From a virus (taxonomy: Duplodnaviria; Caudoviricetes): 33,665 bases of DNA. Below, one piece after another: positions 27,414 through 33,665 of this stretch. The notes under the pieces were generated by a model. That model was not told the DNA's origin. It searched no databases and was given only the letters and a program-made list of their open reading frames with translations. Where the stretch lies: positions 1-33,665 of IMG/VR virus record IMGVR_UViG_3300033067_001598; one strand, written 5' to 3'. Each line of letters begins with the position of its first letter. The stretch's first letter is position 1. A program made the translations under genes and the position numbers.

Positions 27414-27512
27414 ATGGGTAGTATGGATTACTCTGCCTCGGTTATCTTCATGATTGGCATCGCGGTTATCTTGCTGGCACTTGTTGCGGCGGGGATGGGG
27501 GTGTTTGGATGA
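27414..27512 (+). CDS. 32-aa single-TM peptide
   Basis: MGSMDYSASVIFMIGIAVILLALVAAGMGVFG*; GGGGAG RBS and ATGA overlap with the next gene. Confidence 0.65.
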   Translation: MGSMDYSASVIFMIGIAVILLALVAAGMGVFG

Positions 27513-28126
27513 GTGATAAGCTAACTACTGCCGAAAAGATTGCACTCGCCAGTCTGGGTGCTGGCAATGCATTTAACATCCTGCTGTTTGCGATGGGCGC
27601 GACACTGAATGATGCGACAGCGGGCGCGTGGCTGTACATTCGTGTTGTGTTTGCAGTTGTGCAGTTCATCGCGTTCGACCTGACCATCATCACAACCGTA
27701 CAAGCCATGCGTGATGGTCGCAGATCATATTGGGCTGGGTTGACGGTCACTGTCGCCAGCTTGTGCGCTGTTGCGATTGCAATTGACGTATCAACCTACC
27801 GCATGCCCTTCATGCATGCGGCGTATGCACTGGTGCTGCCGCTGTTCATGATGCACATTGCCAGTGTCAGTAGTAGTGTCAACCCACATATCACATCGCT
27901 GCAAGCGGAGTTGACACAAACACGGATCGAGCGTGACAAGTTGTCAATCGAGTTGACGGCGACTCGTCAAATTGTCAACGCAATTCAAATCAATCTGTCA
28001 ACACCAGTTGGCACCAAGCGCGAGGATGTCAAGGCACTTGTCGATAGTGGTGAGACGATTACAGCAGCAGCGCGCAAGATTGGTGTCAGTAGACAGACTG
28101 CGACCAAGTACGTAAAGGGGAGTTGA
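27509..28126 (+). CDS. 4-TM + coiled-coil + C-terminal HTH protein (Spd/DUF2637-like architecture)
   Basis: Four hydrophobic segments, a heptad region and TITAAARKIGVSRQTATKYVK. Confidence 0.8.
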   Translation: MSDKLTTAEKIALASLGAGNAFNILLFAMGATLNDATAGAWLYIRVVFAVVQFIAFDLTIITTVQAMRDGRRSYWAGLTVTVASLCAVAIAIDVSTYRMPFMHAAYALVLPLFMMHIASVSSSVNPHITSLQAELTQTRIERDKLSIELTATRQIVNAIQINLSTPVGTKREDVKALVDSGETITAAARKIGVSRQTATKYVKGS

Positions 28127-28128
28127 CA
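27865..28128. repeat. Intragenic cluster of TGTCAA/TTGACA-like motifs
   Basis: About 14 copies in both orientations within about 265 bp. Confidence 0.8.
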
Positions 28129-28613
28129 TGGCCGTACAGAGTAGCCCGCTCGTGAACGGGCAAGAAGTGAAATCGAGCAAGCCCGGTGCCCTCTTTCGCA
28201 GTGGGCAGATCCGCCAAGCGCGCGGATGGTTTGAGCGGATCATGGCGCTGATGGTGCTCGCGCTCTCCCTGTTTGGTACGGTGCTCACCTGGGCCGGTGG
28301 CTACGTGCTTTGGGCTGCGAATCCGTGGGATGGGCGCACGTGGGGCCTAGCCGTGCTCACCCAGGCCACGCTGACGGTGCTGCAATGGATGTACCGCGTG
28401 CATGGAATGTCGCGCCCTGAGTATCTGATCCCGCTCGCCATTGATGTGGGACTGACCATCTGGGGCTATGGCTGGGTCGTTGCGCCCTGGCTGGCGGGGC
28501 AAGCTACCAAGCAGGGCGCGCCGGTCGATGTGGCCCCGTTTGTCGCCTGGATCGTCATCGCGCTGGCATCGTTTGGCATGGCGTGGTATCCTGAGAACAG
28601 ACTAATCGACTAA
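28128..28613 (+). CDS. 4-TM membrane protein
   Basis: Four hydrophobic segments; GGGGAG RBS. Confidence 0.8.
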   Translation: MAVQSSPLVNGQEVKSSKPGALFRSGQIRQARGWFERIMALMVLALSLFGTVLTWAGGYVLWAANPWDGRTWGLAVLTQATLTVLQWMYRVHGMSRPEYLIPLAIDVGLTIWGYGWVVAPWLAGQATKQGAPVDVAPFVAWIVIALASFGMAWYPENRLID

Positions 28614-28623
28614 GGAGTATGCC

Positions 28624-29106
28624 ATGCAACCAACCCCTGAGCAGATGAGTGATGCCGCCAACACGGTGCTCTTCATGGTTGGCGCGATCGTGTTGGTGGT
28701 GGCGATTGGCGGGGGCTGGTTACTCGCACAGTGGGAGAAACATGCGGCTTATGTCGAGCGAACAAGGACGGTTCCTGCGCCTAAACCAATCGCCATAAAC
28801 CGGCAGTCTGATGCGGTAAACCGCCCTCAAACCGATCCGGTTCAAGCCATTAAACCGCGGTTTGAACCAACGCGGTTTACCAAGTCGGAGCTTGTGCGTT
28901 TCTTGGCGCTTGCCGTTATCGAAGAGGATGACGGCAGCACCCACCCGCTCAGTCAGGATGCCATCAGCCGCGCCGCTGGCATCAGCAAAGTTACCGCAGC
29001 GGCGATTATGGCGGAGGCACGCGGTGGTGAGCCCGAAACAGCCGAGCCGTACAACCCGACGAAACATCTGCTCTTGGATGGCGGTGAGCGCTGGATACCA
29101 CGATAA
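28624..29106 (+). CDS. Single-TM protein with a C-terminal HTH
   Basis: N-terminal TM helix, Pro-rich linker and LSQDAISRAAGISKVTAAAIM. Confidence 0.8.
   Translation: MQPTPEQMSDAANTVLFMVGAIVLVVAIGGGWLLAQWEKHAAYVERTRTVPAPKPIAINRQSDAVNRPQTDPVQAIKPRFEPTRFTKSELVRFLALAVIEEDDGSTHPLSQDAISRAAGISKVTAAAIMAEARGGEPETAEPYNPTKHLLLDGGERWIPR
28769..28879. repeat. Intragenic cluster of AAACCG/CGGTTT-like motifs
   Basis: About 10 copies in both orientations within about 110 bp. Confidence 0.8.
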
Positions 29107-29107
29107 T

Positions 29108-29123
29108 GTGAACCCCGGTTCAC
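29108..29123 (+). repeat. 16-bp palindrome, copy 5
   Basis: GTGAACCCCGGTTCAC where the two transcription units converge. Confidence 0.9.
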
Positions 29124-29428
29124 TTCCTGATAGCAGGAAACCAGAGACGAAATACCCGCGTAGGCACCACCGCCCGCGCGGTTTCGTTTGCTCCCTCATC
29201 GACCAGGCGCAGTATCTGCCCTGGGTGCGGGGCGTAGGCCGCATCAACGCCACCCGTTGGCAGCAGCAGATCGGCCTGGTCGTAGCGACAATCCAGCACC
29301 GCGCGGTCGAGATACAGACAGTGCCACCCCGGCGCATGCCACGTGACATGGAGTGATTGCGCCTGCCAGACGACGGTCATGTTTGGGGTGGTTTGCAGGG
29401 CGATAAGCAGGATGAGAATTCTAAGCAT
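29120..29428 (-). CDS. Small secreted protein, last gene of the tail operon
   Basis: Hydrophobic N-terminus; C-terminus FRLWFPAIRK. Confidence 0.6.
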   Translation of the reverse strand: MLRILILLIALQTTPNMTVVWQAQSLHVTWHAPGWHCLYLDRAVLDCRYDQADLLLPTGGVDAAYAPHPGQILRLVDEGANETARAVVPTRVFRLWFPAIRK

Positions 29429-30110
29429 CAAGATAGTGTACCCAAAACTCTGGTGATAGATTACCAGCCGATGTCACGTTGAGGTTGCCGCCGCTATTTT
29501 GAAACGCAAACAACTCGATATAATCAGCAGCAGCAAACGAATACGCAGTCACAATATCAATATCAAACGTGAGCGCCGCCGTCGCGTCAAGGTCAACCGA
29601 TGCGATAATGGTCGCGCCATTGACCTGCAAATAAATATTGCGCTGCCCGGTGGTATTTGCGGCAAATCGCACGGTGCCGCCGATCAAATACTTGCCAGCA
29701 ACCGGAATGGTCATTCGGCTGGTGTTGACGCTGGTGCTATGGAACGCGCTATCATCGTAGCGCTCAGTGTTGAATGTGAGCGCTGCTGCGACGCCGGTAG
29801 TCATGGTGATATTGGCGTTGTTATAGACGCGTGCGCCTCCGACATAGCGCACCATCTGATATACAATGCCGCCATCATCCACGCATGAGGCAATGCCGTT
29901 ATTCGGGCTGGCATTGCCGATATACACCCGTCCTTTTGCTGCGGCGGGCGTGGCGGGTACGGCCTGCTCACTCAACTCGATTGCGTTCTCAATAAACACG
30001 ACCCCGGCCTGCCCCTTGAGATACAAAAGATTATCGCGCACATGCGTGTTGAGGTCAGTTGCTGCGATCAGCGCGCCATCAACCCACGTGGCTGGTGCTG
30101 TCCATGCCAT
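29421..30110 (-). CDS. Tail fibre/receptor-binding protein with a C1q/TNF-like head
   Basis: Pattern ARVY..LTFNTERYD..SRMTIPVAGKYLI..DYIELFAFQ. Confidence 0.75.
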   Translation of the reverse strand: MAWTAPATWVDGALIAATDLNTHVRDNLLYLKGQAGVVFIENAIELSEQAVPATPAAAKGRVYIGNASPNNGIASCVDDGGIVYQMVRYVGGARVYNNANITMTTGVAAALTFNTERYDDSAFHSTSVNTSRMTIPVAGKYLIGGTVRFAANTTGQRNIYLQVNGATIIASVDLDATAALTFDIDIVTAYSFAAADYIELFAFQNSGGNLNVTSAGNLSPEFWVHYLDA

Positions 30111-30270
30111 GTTCGCTCCGATCTAGTTCATCTAGAATGTCCTGATAGGCCACACGCCCGCCCTCAAGCGCCGCGATGATTGCGGTCTCACGCTCAACCG
30201 CTGCAAGCGCATCGGCGCGCTGCTTGGCAATCGTGGCGAGCTGCTCTAAAATGTACGCCCGCAGATCCAT
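30079..30270 (-). CDS. Small coiled-coil protein (possible fibre chaperone)
   Basis: 63 aa, helical, between two fibre genes. Confidence 0.6.
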   Translation of the reverse strand: MDLRAYILEQLATIAKQRADALAAVERETAIIAALEGGRVAYQDILDELDRSEHGMDSTSHVG

Positions 30271-30271
30271 A

Positions 30272-30763
30272 TTATCTCCACATCAGATACAAATACACAT
30301 CGTAGGTGAGCGCCCCTGCCGTGCGCTGGAGTGTCACTGACCCATCGGCGGCGACCGCAAGCGTACACACATTGGTGCCGCCTCCTGCGGTGTAGACCGT
30401 GGCGGTGCCGCTAATATTGAGCGTCCCGGTCAGCGTCTGGATACTCGTATCGCTGGCCTTGGTTGACGAGAAGAACCCTAAAAAAGTGGTAACATCGCCG
30501 GTCGCGTTGGGAATGACGGTGACAAGCGTTCCGTCAACCGCCAATTTTGCAAGCATAATCACCCGAAACGTGTTACTTTCGAGCTGAATGCCGCTGTTCT
30601 GATCTAGCACGCGCAAGGGGCTTGATCCAAACGTGGCGGATGCCTCAATCGCCACGGTTCCCACCTGACCCTTCAGGTAGATCAGATCGTCTTTCATAAT
30701 ATTGAGCTTGGCTGCGGTGACCAGCTCGGCGACCGCAAACGCGGCGGGGGTGCTCCATGCCAT
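30272..30763 (-). CDS. Minor tail/fibre protein
   Basis: N-terminus is paralogous to that of 29421-30110. Confidence 0.7.
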   Translation of the reverse strand: MAWSTPAAFAVAELVTAAKLNIMKDDLIYLKGQVGTVAIEASATFGSSPLRVLDQNSGIQLESNTFRVIMLAKLAVDGTLVTVIPNATGDVTTFLGFFSSTKASDTSIQTLTGTLNISGTATVYTAGGGTNVCTLAVAADGSVTLQRTAGALTYDVYLYLMWR

Positions 30764-30772
30764 GGTAGGCTC

Positions 30773-32077
30773 CTAATACACTAGGCGGGTGGTTGACTCT
30801 AATACCCCGAATGTCGTGTCTTCAATAATCCAAAAGCCGGTCAAGTCCGATCCTGGCAGGGGTGCCGGTGACAAGCTGTAGATTGTCTCCCACGTCTCCA
30901 TGGTAATGTTGCGATGCTCGATTGCCTCAATATAGCATTCGCGCCGAATGGCATACGAGGACGGCGGACGAATAATGACCGCAATCCGGTCGCTGATCTC
31001 GGCGCTCAGGATTGCAGGCCAGAGCGTATCCCGATGATGCCCGGACAGCGTGAGACTAATAAAGCGAATGTCGGGCTCTTTGCCTTTGGCTACGGCCCAG
31101 GTTGCCCGATCCAGCACCGCGGTATCCGTCGTCAGTTGCAGAGTTTGCACCTGGCTGCGCACGCTGTAGCGCGCCTGGCTGGTCGCATCGCTGGCCGTCT
31201 GCTCAACTCCGCTTGGGCGAATAAACGCTGCCGCGTTGACAATGAACTGGTCATCATAGGACGGCTGAACATTGATAAATGGCAACTCCGATGCTGTGCC
31301 ACTGACCCAGGCCGCTGAGCGCGGGATAGTCGTCACCCCGATTACGCTGTTGGTTGCATTGCCGAGCACCCAGCCGGTGGTGGTGTTCAGCTCGTCGCCA
31401 TAGGTCTGTTGCACCGTGGTGGATCGACTATAGCCGATCCGCTGATGGCGCCCTTGAAACACAGCATAGCCTTGCCCATTCATAAAGAATTGGCCGTCCT
31501 CTGCCAGCGCCACATCAAGAATGTGCGAGAGCGGCGGCGTGTTGGCGAGATTGACCGCTGGTATCGTACTCTTGCCAGCGCGCACGTCCAGGCTGGTGAA
31601 GACAATCTCGTCAGTTGCAGGCCAGCCCGCCGCTGCAAGCACGCCAATGATGCGCCAGTGACTATCCTCAACCCCCCATGTGTAGTTGCTGCGCGCCTGG
31701 GCCAATATCTTGAACCCGTCAACGCACTGGATCGTCGTTTCTGAGAGCAACCCGCCCGGCCAGGTTGGCGGCCAGCGCTCGATAAACCCACCAAACAAAT
31801 CATACGTCACCGCGTTGTAGGTTGCGCGAATGCGCACGCGCTTCATTGGCTTGAGATAGTTGGCATACACACTGCGACTATTGCCCGGCGTGAAGAGCCC
31901 ATCGGCATTGTCAAGCACAATCGTTGCCGTGCCCGCCTCAAAGCGCCCGAGCTCGTTTTGTCGCCCGCGCCGAATGCCATCAATGCGCAACACGTAATCG
32001 CTCACATCGACCCACACCGGCGTATCAAGCGGGTTGGTGGTGAAACTGATCGATACTTCAATCGTTGGCTGGGCCAT
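30773..32077 (-). CDS. Tail tip/baseplate hub protein
   Basis: Directly after the tape measure gene; pattern WVDVSDYV..RRGRQNELGRFEAGTATIVLDN. Confidence 0.75.
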   Translation of the reverse strand: MAQPTIEVSISFTTNPLDTPVWVDVSDYVLRIDGIRRGRQNELGRFEAGTATIVLDNADGLFTPGNSRSVYANYLKPMKRVRIRATYNAVTYDLFGGFIERWPPTWPGGLLSETTIQCVDGFKILAQARSNYTWGVEDSHWRIIGVLAAAGWPATDEIVFTSLDVRAGKSTIPAVNLANTPPLSHILDVALAEDGQFFMNGQGYAVFQGRHQRIGYSRSTTVQQTYGDELNTTTGWVLGNATNSVIGVTTIPRSAAWVSGTASELPFINVQPSYDDQFIVNAAAFIRPSGVEQTASDATSQARYSVRSQVQTLQLTTDTAVLDRATWAVAKGKEPDIRFISLTLSGHHRDTLWPAILSAEISDRIAVIIRPPSSYAIRRECYIEAIEHRNITMETWETIYSLSPAPLPGSDLTGFWIIEDTTFGVLESTTRLVY

Positions 32078-33477
32078 TAGGCTACCCCGCTCGTCACGTT
32101 CTGCTGCTGCACGCGGTTGAGCATATCGCGGAACTCAGTGAACATCTGCTGCGCGTTGCTGGCGTTGCTGGTCATGTTCAGGGTGAGGCTTTGGATGACC
32201 ATGCCGCCGCTGCCCCCAGCCGCGCCAGGGCTGACGCTCAGCGCCGCCATAGTTGGATCGGCCCCATTGACCCCCGCATTGAACGCCGGAAGCGCCTGGG
32301 CCGCGGTGTCAGCGGCATCGCCAATATACGAGAGCCAATCAGCCAAGGGCGGCGGGCTGTGTCCCTGAAGCCAGCTGGGGATCACCGCGTTCTGCACGCC
32401 CGTAATGAAGTTGTCAAATGACTTCTGAGCATTGTCCACGCTGCTGACAACAAAATCAAACCCGCGGCGAATGGGCTGGATATAGCCCTCGTCAAAGCTT
32501 CTGAGCGCTAACTGGAACCCTTCCCAGGCCAATTGCGCCCGCACAATCCCGCGCGGTAAGTCTTCACTCAGCGCACGCCCGATCTCCGCAAGGATCGGCC
32601 CAAGGCGCGGGGCCAGCCAGTTGTAGAGGTCAACCACGGCGGGTACGAGCTTATTCGCAATAAAGTCAGCGGCGATAACAATCCCGTTGCCAAGCTTTTC
32701 GGCAAATACGGCAATTGCGGCTTGCACCTCGGGGCTGTTCAGCCACTCCGCAAAGCGATTCAGGACGGGTAGCAGCTTCGTCCCGACGCTCTCGAACGTT
32801 TCGCCAATCACATCTTTGAACCGCGCCATGCCGCCATCAGCATCGGCGGCAGCCTTGGCACTCCCACCGAACTCCTTATTAAGCTCCGCCAAGATGATCG
32901 CCTGTGCGCCTGCGGTATTGCCCGCTTCCTGCATGGTCTTGATTTGCTCTTTTTGTTGGTCGGTGAATGATACGCCCACCCGGCTCAGTGCGGACACACC
33001 AGCAACCGGATCATTGAGCGCCTTGCCCAGTTGGATCGCGGCGTCCTTGGGAGCGCCGCCGAGCGCCTGGGCCATGTCTACACTGATCGCGGTGGCGGCC
33101 TCAAGCGTCTTGCCTTTGATTTCGGTAAAGGTGAGCAGCAGATTGGTCGACTCTTGGATCTGGCTATCACCAAACAGCGATTGCCCAGAGGCGGCCGAGA
33201 GTGACGCAGCGTAGTCGGTGACCTGTTGCGCGGTTACGCCCGCCGCATTGCCGGTAGAGGTAATCACCGCCTCAGTTTGAGCGAAGATGCGTGCGGCCTC
33301 CCTAGCGTCTCCCACACCGCCGACAATGCCCGCGCCTAGCGCGGTGACAGCAGCGAGCGCGCCGCCCGCGGCAATCCCGCCCAGGCTGCTTAGCGCACCA
33401 CCGAGTGATGAAAGCCCGCTTGACGCTTGATCTTTGAGCTGCACCAATAGCTCTAAGGTTGCTTGATTAACGGCCAT
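32077..33477 (-). CDS. Tail tape measure protein
   Basis: Ala/Gly-rich and helical, with LGKALNDPVAGVSALSRVGVSFT; follows gpGT. Confidence 0.92.
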   Translation of the reverse strand: MAVNQATLELLVQLKDQASSGLSSLGGALSSLGGIAAGGALAAVTALGAGIVGGVGDAREAARIFAQTEAVITSTGNAAGVTAQQVTDYAASLSAASGQSLFGDSQIQESTNLLLTFTEIKGKTLEAATAISVDMAQALGGAPKDAAIQLGKALNDPVAGVSALSRVGVSFTDQQKEQIKTMQEAGNTAGAQAIILAELNKEFGGSAKAAADADGGMARFKDVIGETFESVGTKLLPVLNRFAEWLNSPEVQAAIAVFAEKLGNGIVIAADFIANKLVPAVVDLYNWLAPRLGPILAEIGRALSEDLPRGIVRAQLAWEGFQLALRSFDEGYIQPIRRGFDFVVSSVDNAQKSFDNFITGVQNAVIPSWLQGHSPPPLADWLSYIGDAADTAAQALPAFNAGVNGADPTMAALSVSPGAAGGSGGMVIQSLTLNMTSNASNAQQMFTEFRDMLNRVQQQNVTSGVA

Positions 33478-33664
33478 CTCTGTGCTCGTCCTGTTCTGCT
33501 CGTAGCATCGCGGTCAGCTCCTCAAGATAGTCCGGATCGAACCGCCCAATCTGCTCGGGTGTCCAGTGGTAGCGCCGGGCGAGCGCTACCTCAAGGTCGT
33601 AGTATCCGATCTGGTCGCGATGCGTTGTGCCAGAGTCAAGCCGGACGCGCCACCGCTCATAGAG
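33467..33664 (-). CDS. C-terminal (T) part of the frameshifted gpGT tail chaperone
   Basis: The -1 frame reads LYERWRVRLDSGTTHRDQIGYYDLEVALARRYHWTPEQIGRFDPDYLEELTAMLRAEQDEHRDGR*, has no start codon of its own and overlaps the tape measure start. Confidence 0.85.
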   Translation of the reverse strand, partial: LYERWRVRLDSGTTHRDQIGYYDLEVALARRYHWTPEQIGRFDPDYLEELTAMLRAEQDEHRDGR

Positions 33665-33665
33665 G
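33542..33665 (+). repeat. Terminal direct repeat, right copy
   Basis: Matches 1-124. Confidence 0.95.

Larger units (their letters stand above)
1..33665. mobile_element. Complete temperate tailed phage genome (siphovirus-like, circularly permuted, ~33,541 bp unit)
   Basis: Packaging, head, tail, lysis, repressor, replication and integrase modules are all present, with no host housekeeping genes. The ends overlap, and the tail gene order runs on across the junction. Confidence 0.95.

Noticed and set aside
15386-29123. CRISPR array built from the 16-bp palindromes
   Set aside because: The copies are kilobases apart, there is no repeat-spacer periodicity and no cas genes are present.

Overview
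The window is an essentially complete (~33.5 kb) temperate siphovirus-like phage genome in circular, unintegrated form: bases 1-124 recur at 33542-33665. The minus strand carries the lysis genes, an extra fibre-like gene cluster, terminase, a portal-MuF fusion, an HK97-type head and the tail genes, including a -1 frameshifted tail chaperone that spans the junction. The plus strand carries a cI/cro-like switch with five operators, RecT, a DnaB-N/AAA helicase with an embedded repeat-rich origin, VRR-NUC and a large serine recombinase, followed by a separate seven-gene membrane/HTH operon. The host is probably a Chloroflexota bacterium (inference). Four signals stand out. (1) Two membrane-anchored HTH genes each carry a dense array of their own short DNA motif. 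(2) A candidate attP with a tRNA-like 3' end lies inside the integrase gene, upstream of an ssrA-like tail. (3) A 16-bp palindrome occurs five times, nearly symmetric about ~22.26 kb. (4) A putative ruler-templated fibre module lies upstream of the terminase. All family calls are by motif recognition; no searches were run.
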